Assembly: GCA_030390025.1 (NCBI GenBank)
Contig: JASTWF010000329.1
Location: 434,001-498,000, forward strand
Length of the DNA: 64,000 nucleotides
Reading direction: 5' to 3'
DNA from: Squalus acanthias
Taxonomy: Eukaryota
The notes below the pieces were generated by a model. That model did not search any database and was not told where the DNA came from. It was given only the letters and a program-made list of their open reading frames with translations. The translations under genes and the position numbers were made by a program. The number at the start of each line of letters is the position of its first letter. The stretch's first letter is position 1. This document shows, piece by piece, positions 1 through 10,996 of the stretch.

Positions 1-773
1 AATTCTAGTTTCTATACAATGTTCCTTCACACGTGGGGATTCTAACCCTGGGACTGTACATGGTGATCACTAAACACAAAACCCAGGCTGTTAAACATTT
101 TCAGCTACTGGACTTAGCATGTGTCCCATAGTATCTCTCTCACTTTTAATGTGTGAATAGAGCATCACACCTGCGAACCTGGTTTTAAATTTAAATTCAC
201 TCACCAAATGTATTTAACAAAAGATGAACAAGTAAACCCGTCACAGCCCACTAATCCAGCTCTACATTCACAGGAGGAAGCCTGTTATCGAACTCCTCGA
301 GTGGATGAAACAAAGAAAGATCCCAAATGGGAGAGTCCCTCGAATCCTTTGTAAAGACCTTTCAAATCCTGACCGGTTCCTTCCTTATTCGAGAATTCCC
401 CATCCCTGTGGGAGTCGATATTGGTCAAAAACTGCTAATTGGACATTTTAACCGATTTTTCAGCTGTTTCAAGCTGACCAGGTCCTTCACTCAGAGAATC
501 TCCAAGGAGACTCTTTGATTTAAACACAGCTCTCCCCTCTTTTATATCCGGGATTAGATTACTGGGAATTTGAATACCTGACCACTCAAATTTAAAAGGG
601 CCCGTCAGTGATCCACAGACTGAACCAATCACACAGCTCTGGGTCAGTTTGAATGATTCCTCTCTCCAGCCTGTAACCGATGAAACTTGTAACACTGAGG
701 CTGAAATTCCACTTCCGGGTGCCGGATTCCAGCCCTGGGACTGTACATGGGGATTCCAACCCTGGAACCCTGG

Positions 774-1190
774 GTGTTTTAATAATGGGGCCTGGGGCCG
801 CACTCGGGGTGTGTGCAGCCCGCGTCCCCCCGGGGTTTATTAACCCGCTCCCTGAGCTCTCTCACCTGATGTGTCAGCGGCTGCTGCCAAGGTCCGCGCA
901 TGCTCAGCTCACCTTCTGTTGTTCAGGTTCAAGGGTCAAGCCCCGCCCCTCACACACTCCGATTGGTTGGAGGACCCGCCGCCCGCTTGGTCCTCCAGCC
1001 CCGCCCCGCTCTTCCTATTGGTCCGGAGCTCCCGTCAATCACCCGGGCAGTGTGAGCTGAGCATGCGCGGACCTTGGCAGCAGCCGCTGACACATCAGGT
1101 GAGAGAGCTCAGGGAGCGGGTTAATAAACCCCGGGGGGACGCGGGCTGCACACACCCCGAGTGCGGCCCCAGGCCCCATTATTAAAACAC
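774..1190. repeat. Perfect 139-bp inverted repeat (774-912 / 1052-1190) around a CCAAT/GC-box core
   Basis: gtgttttaataatggggcctgg...catgctcagctcac at 774-912 is the exact reverse complement of 1052-1190. Confidence 0.93.
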
Positions 1191-1270
1191 TCAACATTAT
1201 CCGCCCGCCGGTTTAAGGTTTCGCTCCGTCCGAAAAAGCGGCCATTGCGCATGCGCATCGTCAGCATCAG
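913..1270. promoter_or_regulatory. CpG-rich promoter module (GC boxes, CCAAT, NRF1-type palindrome)
   Basis: ccccgcccc twice, gattgg/ctattgg, tgcgcatgcgca at 1246-1257; an inverted paralog lies at ~16921-17190. Confidence 0.6.
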
Positions 1271-1277
1271 ACTCCGT

Positions 1278-1616
1278 CAGGGAGCGTCTGTAAATAAAAG
1301 AGGAATGGAGACTGAGCAGGGAGCGTCTGTAAATAAAAGGAATGGTGACTGAGCAGGGAGCGTCTGTAAATAAAAGAGGAATGGTGACTGAGCAGGGAGT
1401 GTCTGTAAATAAAAGAGGAATGGAGACTGAGCAGGGAGCGTCTGTAAATAAAAGAGGAATGGTGACTGAGCAGGGAGTGTCTGTAAATAAAAGAGGAATG
1501 GTGAGTGAGCAGGGAGTGTCTGTAAATAAAAGAGGAATGGTGGCTGAGCAGGGAGTGTCTGTAAATAAAAGAGGAATGGTGACTGAGCAGGGAGTGTCTG
1601 TAAAAAGAGGAATGGT
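1278..1616. repeat. 39-bp minisatellite, ~9 copies
   Basis: unit cagggag(c/t)gtctgtaaataaaagaggaatggtgactgag. Confidence 0.95.
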
Positions 1617-2454
1617 GTCTCTCTCTCTCTCTGTCTCCCAGGTGTCTCCTTGATTCATCCTGAAATCCTCTACTCCTGAAATCCTCTACAATTTGTGGGT
1701 ATAGGAACCCGAACCCGAACCCTTCCTATACCCTTACTCTCATTCAAAACCGATGGAGTCCTCCTGAACCAATCACTGTCCGACACCCAAACGCAGCACC
1801 CTGGCTTACGCGGGTTTTTGGTCTGATGACACTCTTACATCATCTGTTTTTGACCATCAAGTCTCATATCTGGGGTAGTTATGGCAGCACAGAAGGAAGC
1901 TGTCTCATTGGTTGAGACACGGCCCCTGCTCTCGGCCTGTGTGTTTGTTCACTGCGGATTTATAACATTCCACACAGTGGCAGACTCGCCTGGCCTTGCT
2001 TCCCAGGCTAACTGTACTCTGTGTCCCATCCTCACTGTTGGCTAATATCCAACCTTCACCCACAGCCTCACTATTTGACGATAGCAATCCTCTTCCTCAC
2101 CCCAGGTGGTCTGGTTACAGCTTACTCACAGACTTTTAAGCATAAAAAGGGTTACATGTTATACATAATTCAGGTTACTATTGATGATTACAGACTTTTA
2201 TATTTAATTCCTGCACACGATTCTAAATCCATTCCTGATGATTATAAGATACTGATGATTATAAGATAGTAAAGCAAGTATTCTAAAAACCAACTAATCC
2301 ATAATAATATTACAATATTGTATATAAGTGTCAAATAAATCAGCTTTCTTTTGAACAAAGTGTGTTGAGTCCTTCATATCTCAATGGTAAGACAAGCTGA
2401 TTGATAGCGGTTTCTAACCTTAACCACTACCTCCTAAGCTTAATATCCTATCGA

Positions 2455-3388
2455 CTACCCCCAAACCACTAACCCCAATCCTAACCAATAACCACTAACC
2501 CCAACCACTAACCCCAATCCTAACCAATAACCACTAACCCCAATCCTAACCAATAACCACTAACCCCAATCCTAACCAATAACCACCAGCCCCAACCCTA
2601 ACCAATAGCCACTAACCCCAATCCTAACCAATAACCACTAGCCCCAATCCTAACCCCAATCCTAACCAATAACCACTAGCCCCAATCCTAACCAATAGCC
2701 ACTAACCCCAATCCTAACCCCAATCCTAACCAATAACCACTAGCCCCAATCCTAACCAATAACCACTAACCCCAATCCTAACCAATAACCACTAACCCAA
2801 TCCTAACCAATAACCACTAGCCCAATCCTATCCTAACCATTAACCACTAACCCCAATCCTAACCATAACCACCAGCCCCAATCCTAACAATAGCCACTAA
2901 CCCCCAATCCTAACCCCAATCCTAACCAATAACCACCAGCCCCAATCCTAACCAATAGCACTAACCCAATCCTAACCCCCAATCCTAACCATAACCACTA
3001 ACCCCAATCCTAACCAATAACCACTAACCCCAATCCTAACCAATAGCCACTAACCCCAATCCTAACCAATAGCCACTAACCCCAATCCTAACCAATAACC
3101 ACTAACCCCAATCCTAACCAATAGCCACTAACCCCAATCCTAACCAATACCACTAACCCCAATCCTAACCAATAGCCACTAACCCCAATCCTAACCAATA
3201 ACCACTAACCCCAATCCTAACCAATAACCACTAACCCCAATCCTAACCAATAGCCACTAACCCCAATCCTAACCAATAACCACTAACCCCAATCCTAACC
3301 AATAACCACTAACCCCAATCCTAACCAATAACCACCAGCCCCAACCACTAACCCCTAAACCTACACCCTAACCCCAGCCCCTAACCAA
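2455..3388. repeat. 26-bp satellite built from telomere-like TAACC/CTAACC words
   Basis: unit ctaaccaataaccactaaccccaatc, ~35 copies with variants. Confidence 0.92.
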
Positions 3389-4075
3389 GGATTATTGACA
3401 GGGATCAATGGAGGAGTTAAAGACCTGATAAAGGAAGTATTTGAAACAATTATCTTGATTAAAGAAATAGTGCAAGGTATGTTAGTAACAAGAGATCAAA
3501 ACAATGGGACCATCAAAATCAGCAATGACAATTACAAAGATCAGAACATTTCTAAGGCTGTCACATGCAGTATGTGTGGAGGAGCTTTTTTTAAAAAATC
3601 GGATCCAAAAAGTGTTAAATGATACAGAAAATAACAGATATCAAATCTTATGCAAGTTAGCTCTATAAAGGGGTGGTTCAAAGGAATTTCAGATGAGTGT
3701 AAAGTGAGACACTACAGTTCAGTCTATGACACCCACAGGCCGTGTACACAAATGGAACAAGCTTGGGGTTTGATGTGGTAGAAGGTGAGCTAGATGAGAA
3801 CTGAAATAATCCAGAGTAAGAAAAGGCCCAAAAATGGAAGAGTCAGAAACAGAACATCAATTAGTCTCCTCTTATCATGGAGAAATCAAATATTAGACAC
3901 ACTGTGTGTTTGAAACAAAGCTAATTTATTTCATATTTGTACAGAATATTAATATCAAGCCCAGTTATTCTAGTTATTAACATCAGCAGAAACAAAGCCC
4001 AACTGTCAGAGTGAACATGGTTCAGTCCTGGATGTGATTAACAGCAGCAATAACAGCAGAATCCAACCCCTGCAG

Positions 4076-5030
4076 TCACTGGTGAACTCGCTGGTGTCTC
4101 AGCAGAGTGCATGACTGAGTGAATCCCTTCCCACACACGGGGCAGGTGAACGGTCTCTCCCCAGTGTGAGTGCGCTGGTGTCTCAGCAGGTCACTTGTGC
4201 TTTTAAAGCTCTGCTCACAGTCAGAACATCTAAATGGTCTCTTAACAGTGTGAACAAGTTGGTGAGTCAGAAGATGGTATGACTGAGTGAATCCCTTCCC
4301 ACACACAGAGCAGGTGAAAGGCCTTTCTCCAGTGTGAACTTGCTGGTGTGTCTGGAGCTTGTATAACTGAGTGAATCCCTTCCCACATTCAATACATGTG
4401 AACGGCCTCTCCCCAGTGTGAACTCTCTGGTGTATCTGGAGCTTGGATAACTCTGCGAATCCCCTCACACACATGGAGCAGGAGAACGGTTTCTCCCCAG
4501 TGTGAACTCTCTGGTGTGACTGGAGGCTGGATGACTGAGTGAATCCCTTCCCACGCACGGAGCAGGTGAATGGCCTCTCCCCAGTGTGACTGCGCCAATG
4601 ACTTTCCAGCTTGGATGGGTAATTGAATCCCTTCCCACAGTCCTCACATTTCCACGGTTTCTCCGTGGTGCGGGTGTCCTTGTGTCTCTCCAGGTTGAAC
4701 GATCAGTTGAAGCCTCGTCCACACACAGAACACGTGTATGGTTTCTCCCCGCTGTGAATGGTGCGATGTTTTTTCAGGCTGTGTAACTGGTTAAAGCTCT
4801 TTCCACAGTCAGTGCACTGGAACACTCTCACTCAGGTGTGTGTGTCTCGGTGCTTTTCCAGTCACACTGATGTTTGAAATCTTTTCCCTCAGACAGAACA
4901 GACAAACATTTCTCCTTCCACATTCAAAGGTCAATGATATTCAGATCCTGATGAATGGAGTGACTCTGTCAGATCTTGATGTGATGTTTGGTTTGAGTTT
5001 CCCGTCTGTAAATCCTCCCCTTCTCTCACC
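4076..5030 (-). pseudogene. C2H2 ZNF gene or pseudogene: leader + 3 stop-containing fingers + open array of 7 fingers (one Cys>Arg)
   Basis: TGERPF-linked fingers; acceptor ttttacag before 5030; in-frame TGA at 4891, 4864, 4834 and 4705; frame open from 4702 to the stop at 4076; conserved ZNF 3'UTR follows. Confidence 0.8.
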
Positions 5031-5339
5031 CTGTAAAAGGAGTTTACAAAAGTCATCACTGTAAGTACAGGATAGAAATTCAGAACAGACAATTCTAGTT
5101 TCTATGGAACATTCTTTCCTCTCTTGTTCCCCCAAAGCTGTAAATCCCCGTCCCACACACTCTCCCTCCTCCCTGTGCTGAAATCCAAACCCATCGCACC
5201 ATCTCCAACATTTCTTTCCTCCACTCCCAGTTTTCCCCCTCCCTCTACTCTGGTTGGGTTCAGTTCCACACCCGCTGTGTGCAGAGTGAGAATAAAATCA
5301 ATGAGTGAATGATTGTCTCTCCTGGTCACTGGGACCCTG

Positions 5340-5900
5340 AAGCCCCGCCCACACGATGTTCCTGTACCAAGATGGCTGCGCATGCGCCGTCATGCAGGTG
5401 GGACCGGTCCGTCTTTCCTCCACCAAGATGGCGGCGCGCAACCCGGGCCTGTCACCGAGCGAAAGCCTCACAGCTGCCGTCCGGCGGAACACAGACCGGG
5501 CCGCTGGATCTCATTCGGGCCTGAGGCCGTTCTCCAACTTTATAAACACTGCGGCAGTTTATTAATTCCCGATCCCGCCGACCTGCAGCTCAGCCCGGGC
5601 CCCGAGCGGAGGTTCTCAGTTTGGCGTTTCGCACTCCACTGACACGTGACCCGGGCCCACGGCCTGATTGACAGGAGCTTCCGACCAATAGGGAGCGAGC
5701 GGGGCGGGGCTGGAGGAGCGAGCCGGCGGCGGGTCCTCCAACCAATCGGGGAGCCCGAGGGGCGGGACTAGCGCCGGCTGATTGTCTGATCCGCGGGGCA
5801 GCGAGTTTCTCCAGTCCCTTGTTCAGGGCCCGGGGCCAGGGGAGGCTGTGGGCCTTTATTCCCCTTATTGGACACAAGGCTCTTTGTCTCACAACACACT
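5340..5900. promoter_or_regulatory. GC-rich ZNF promoter module
   Basis: tgcgcatgcgc (~5377), YY1-type caagatggcggc (~5425), several ccaat/attgg and ggggcgggg; 5640-5980 recurs at 13617-13950 and inverted at 55850-56175. Confidence 0.65.
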
Positions 5901-6020
5901 GGCTCAGGTTTTAATACAGACTTTTTAAATTCATGAATAAAAGCAGATAAACCCCGCACTTCCGTAGAACAAACTTTTAAAGTTTTTTTCCCTCTGGGGA
6001 ATTTATTATTAGTTTCAGGA

Positions 6021-6440
6021 AACAACAATAACTTGTATTTATAAAGCGCCTTTAATGTAGTAAAACGTCCCAAGGCTCTTCACAGGATCGTTAAAAAACA
6101 AAAATTGACATCGAGCCACATAAAGAGATATTCGGGCAGATGACCAAAAGCTTGGTCAAAGAGGTAGGTTTTAAGGAGCATCTTAAAGAAGGAGAGAGAG
6201 GTGGAGAGATGGAGAGGTTTAGGGAAGGAATTCCAGAGCTTGGGCCCAGGCAACTGAAGGCACGGCCACCAATGGTGGAGCGATTAAAATCAGGGATGCA
6301 CAAGAGGCCGGAATTAGAGAAGTGCAGAGATCTCGGGGGCGGGGGGGGGGGGGGGTTGTGGGGCTGGAAGAGATAACAGAGATAGGGAGGGGCGAGGCCA
6401 CGGAGGGATTTGAAAACAAGGATGAGAATTTTAAGGATGA
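6021..6440 (-). mobile_element. L2-clade LINE 3' fragment
   Basis: LKILILVFKSLRGLAPPYL...IGGRAFS C-terminal ORF2 motif; (TTG)n-like tail. Confidence 0.8.
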
Positions 6441-6588
6441 GACACTTGAGGAAAAGCAGGGAGTGGGGGAGGGTCGCTAATTCTGTTCCGCGACAGTTAC
6501 TGGGACAGACTGTATCTCCCCTCTCCTCCACACAGGGATTTGTGGTAGTTAAAGGGACAGTGATTCTCCTTGTTTTGCGAGATTGTAA

Positions 6589-6753
6589 TTAAAGGGACAC
6601 TACTCTGAGATGGCTGCGAACTTTTAGTGCCGTCAGCCTTTCTAAAACCTCTTCCTTTCTTTGAAGATCTGTGTGAACTCGCTGGTGACTCAGCAGGTTG
6701 GATGAACTCTGAAACCTCTTTGCACAGTCAGAACATTTAAAGGGTCTCTCATC
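6589..6753 (-). pseudogene. Orphaned last finger and C-terminus of the 10997-12298 ZNF
   Basis: translates [54 protein letters not shown]; continues the linker HT|D broken at 11009. Confidence 0.85.
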
Positions 6754-7756
6754 GGTTCTGGGGCAGGAGGGATCTGGTTAACCGTGATCACAATATCATT
6801 AGGTTTAAAGTAGTTAAGGAAAGGGACAAAGAAAAATCAACGGTGAAAATACCCAGCTGGAAGAGAGCCAATTTCAGTGATTTGAGAAGGGATCGAGCAC
6901 AGGTGGACTGGAAACAAAGATTGTCTAGGAAAACAGGGAATGACCAATGGCAGGCCTTCAAGACTGAGATAGTTCGGGTACAAACCAAGCATATTCCCAT
7001 AAGGAGGAAAGATGGGGCATCCAAAGCTGGAGCTCCCAATGACAAAGGATATAGAGGTGAGAATAAAACAGAAAAAGGAGGTTTATGACAAATGTCAGGT
7101 ACAGAATACAGTCAAAAACCAGGCAGAATACAGAGAGTGCGGGGGAAATTGGAGCAGGATATAAGAAGGGCAAAGAGACAACATGAGAAAAGATTAGCGG
7201 GTAACATAATAGAGAACCCAAAAATCTTCTATAAACATGAAAAGTAAAAGGATAGTTAAAGGAATGGTGGGGCTGATTAGGGACCAAATAGGAGCTCATC
7301 ATACGGAGGCAGAGGGCATGGCTGAGGTATGAATGAGTACTTAGCATCTGTCTTCACAAAAGAAGAGGATGAAGTTAATGTCGCAGTAGAGGAGAGGGGA
7401 GTAGAGAAATTGGATAGGATAAAAATGGATAGAAAGGAGGTGCTAAATAGGTTGTCATCACTCAAAGTTAACAAGTCACCCGGTCCAGATGCGATGCATC
7501 CTAGGTTGCTGAGGGAAGCTAGGGTGGAGATAGCAGAAGCTCTGACCACAATCTTTCAATCTCCCTCAGATATATGGGAGTGGTGCCAGAGGACTGGAGG
7601 ATTGCAAATGTTACACCCTGTTTAAAAAAGGGGAGAGGGATAAACCTGGTAACTACAGGCCAATCAGTCTAATGTCAGTGATGGATGAACGACTAGAGAC
7701 CATTGTCAAGGACAAAATTAATTCTCACTTGGAGAAGCATGGGTTAATAAGAGGCA

Positions 7757-9134
7757 AAATTGAGAGGTCGCACAACACCAGGTTATAGTCCAACAGTTTT
7801 ATTTTAAATCACAAGCTTTCGGAGTTACAACTCCTTCGTCGGGTGAAGTGAGGAGATACAGAATCGTCAAAGCATATATAGATAGAGAACAATGCATGTG
7901 TAACTTACAATTGCAGACAACTGAATTCAATCATCCTGACTGTTTATCTGCCGAGGTGTGATAAAGTTAATCAGGTCAGCCAGGAAGGTACCACATCAAA
8001 GACATAGCAAGATACAACTGAGACAATGAGGTGGAATCGCATGGGGTCTAACGTGTCAAAAGCTGCCGTCTGTATGTAAAACGATTAACTTTAAAATTTT
8101 TACTTTTTTACTGGGAATCACATCTGTGAACAAGCCAACGACGACTCGAGTCCGGATCACGACATGTATCGTGACATAAACCCAAGATCCCGATTGAGAC
8201 CGTCTTCATGAGTGCGGAACTTGGCTATCAGTTTCTGCTCGATGATTTTGCGTTGTCGTGTTTTCCTAAGGCCGCCTTGGAGAACGCTTACCCGCAGATC
8301 CGAGGCTGAATGTCCTTGACTGCTGAAGTGTTCCCCGACTGGGAGGTAACAATCCTGCCTGGCGATTGTTGCGCGGTGCTCGTTCATACGTTGTCTCAGT
8401 GTCTGCATGGTCTCGCCGATGTACCATGCCGCGGTGCATTCTTTCCTGCAACGTATGAGGTAGACAACGTTGGCCGAGTCACATGAGTATGTACCATGTA
8501 CCTGGTGGGTAGTGTCCTCACGTGTGATGATGGTATCTGTGTTGATGATCTGGCATGTCTTGCAGAGTTTGCCGTGGCAGGGTTGTGTGGTGTCGTGGTC
8601 GCTGTTATCCTGAAAGCTGGGTAATTTGCTGCGAACTATGGTACTTCTGAGGTTAGGCGGCTGTTTGAAGGCAAGTAGTGGAGGCGTGGGGATGGCCTTA
8701 GCGAGGTGTTTGTCGTCATCGATGACATGTTGAAGGCTGCGAAGAACATGGCGTAGTTTCTCCGCTCCGGGGAAGTACTGGACGACGTAGGGTACCCTGT
8801 TGGTTGTGTCCCGTGTTTGCCTTCCGTCGGAACTGTCGATCGATGAGTCGAGCGTCATATCCCGTTCTTACGAGGGCATTTTTCAGCGTCCGTAGGTGTC
8901 CATCGTGTTCCTCCTCGTCTGAGCAGATCCTGTGTATTCGCAGGGCTTGTCCATAGGGGATGGCTTCTTTAACGTGGTTAGGGTGGAAGCTGGAGAAGTG
9001 GAGCATCGTGAGGTTGTCCGTGGGCTTGCGGTAGAGTGAAGTGCTGAGGTGTCCGTCTTTGATGGAGATTCGTGTGTCCAGGAATGAAACCGATTCTGAG
9101 GAGTAGTCCATGGTGAGTTTGATGGTGGGATGGG
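7757..9134 (-). mobile_element. 5'-truncated Penelope-like element (RT C-terminus + GIY-YIG endonuclease)
   Basis: FLDTRISIKDGHLSTSLYRKPTD; VVYLIRC...YIGET...LRQRMNEH; 12-bp TSD taataagaggca at 7745-7756 / 9135-9146. Confidence 0.92.
7809..7846 (-). ncRNA. Minimal hammerhead ribozyme motif (core variant CCGACGA)
   Basis: UCAC-CCGACGA-A-GGAGU(UGUA)ACUCC-GAAA-GCUU-GUGA in the Penelope 3' repeat. Confidence 0.6.
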
Positions 9135-9873
9135 TAATAAGAGGCAGCCAGTATGGATTTGTTAAAGGTAAATCGTGTCTGACTAACCTGATTGAGTTCT
9201 TTGATGAAGTAACAGAGGGTTGATGAAGGTAGTGCAGTAGATGTTGTTTACATGGACTTTCAAAAGGCATTTGATAAAGTACCACATAAGAGACTTATTC
9301 GGGGAATAAAAGCACAGGGAATGAAACGGCTGATGGTAATTTGGGTATATAATTGGCTAAGGGAGAGGAGGCAGTGAGCAGTGCTGAGGGATGTTTTTCT
9401 GACTGGAGGGAAGTATGCAGTGGGTTCCCCCAGGGGTCGGGATTAGGACCATTGCTTTTCTTGTTATATATAACTGACCTGGACTTGGGTATAGGTGGAC
9501 AAGTTTGAAGTTTACAGATGATACAAAACTTGGCAACGTAGTAAATAGTGAGCATAGTAGTAGCAGACTTCAGAAGGACAGAGACAGACTGTGAAATGAG
9601 CAGACACAAGGCAGATGAAATTAAGTGAGGATAAGTGTGAAGTGATGCACTTTGGGAGAAACAACAGGGAGAGGCCGTATAATCTAAATGGGACTATTTT
9701 GAGGGGGTGCAAGAGCAGAGGGACCTGGGGGTCCATATTCACAAATCTTTGAAAGTGCCATGGCAAGTTGGTGAGTCGGTTCAGAAAGCGTATGGAATAC
9801 TTGGCTTTGTAAATAGGGCCATTGAATACAAAAACAAGGAAGTTACACTAAACCTTTACAAATCACTAGTGAG

Positions 9874-10457
9874 GAACATAGGACAGGAGGAGGCCATTCA
9901 GCCCCTCGATCCTGTTCCGCCATTCAATGAGATCAGGGCTGATCTGTGACCTAACTCCATACACCCGCCTTTGGCCCATATCCCTTAATACCTTTGGTAA
10001 ACAAAAATCTATCAATCTCAGATTTAAAATTAACAATTGATCTCGCATCAATTGCCGTTTGTGGAAGAGAGTTCCAAACTTCTACCACCCTTTGTGTGTA
10101 GAAGTGTTTCCTAATTTCACTCCTGAAAGGTCTGGCTCTAATTTTTAGACTATGCCCCCGAGTCCTAGAATCCCCAACCAGCGGAAATAGTTTCTGTCTA
10201 TCTACCCTATCTGTTCCCCTTAATATCCTGAAAACTTCGATCAGATTACACCTTAACCTTCTAAATTCCAGGGAATACAACCCTAATTTGTGTAATCTCT
10301 CCTCGTAACTTAACCCTTGAAGTCCGGGTATCATTCTGGTAAACCTGCGCTGCACTCCCTCCAAGGCCAATATATCCTTCCTAAGGTGTGATGCCCAGAA
10401 CTGCTCACAGTACTCCAGGTGTGGTCTAACCAGGGTTTTGTACAGCTGCAGGGTTTT
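9874..10457 (-). mobile_element. CR1 LINE 3' fragment nested in another CR1
   Basis: ORF 9951-10496 [13 protein letters not shown]...FYTQRVVEVWNSLP plus CR1 3'UTR. Confidence 0.85.
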
Positions 10458-10996
10458 GGCCTCAGCTGGAGTCTTGTGTACAGTTCCGGGCACCACACTT
10501 TAGGAAGGATGTCAAGGCCTTGGAGAGGGTGCAGAGGAGGTTGACCAGGATGGTACCATGGATGAGGGACTTCAGTTATGTGGAGAGATTGGAGAAGTTG
10601 GGATTGTTCCCCTTAGAGCAGAGAAGGTTAAGAGGAGACCTAATAGAGGTGTTCAAAATGATGAGGGGTTTTGATCGAGCAAGTAGGGAGAAACTGTTCA
10701 CTCTGGCAAGTGGGTCGGTAACCAAAGGTCACAGATTTAAAATAGTTGCTAAAAGAACTAGAGGTGAATGAGGAGAATTGTTTTCACACAGAGGGTTGTT
10801 AAGATCTGGAACGCACCATCTGAAAGGATGCTGGAATCAGGTTCCACAGGAACTTTCAAACGGTGATTGGACGTGTACTTGAAGAGGACTAGTTTGCAGA
10901 GTTCTGGGGATAAAGCTGGGGTTTGGGACTAAATTGGACAGTTCTTTCAAAGAGCCGGCACAGACACGATGGGCCGAATCACCTCCTTCTGTGCTG

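Noticed and set aside
60..720. Possible retroviral or other coding remnant (also 3395-3800)
   Set aside because: No motif I can recognise with confidence; needs a database search
1197..1658. Repetitive 153-aa and 103-aa ORFs
   Set aside because: By-product of a 39-bp minisatellite whose length is a multiple of 3
4705..4891. Selenoprotein interpretation of the TGA codons
   Set aside because: The shared TGAs are at helix positions rather than Cys ligands, the one Cys>TGA (4891) is private to a single copy, and no clear SECIS is visible
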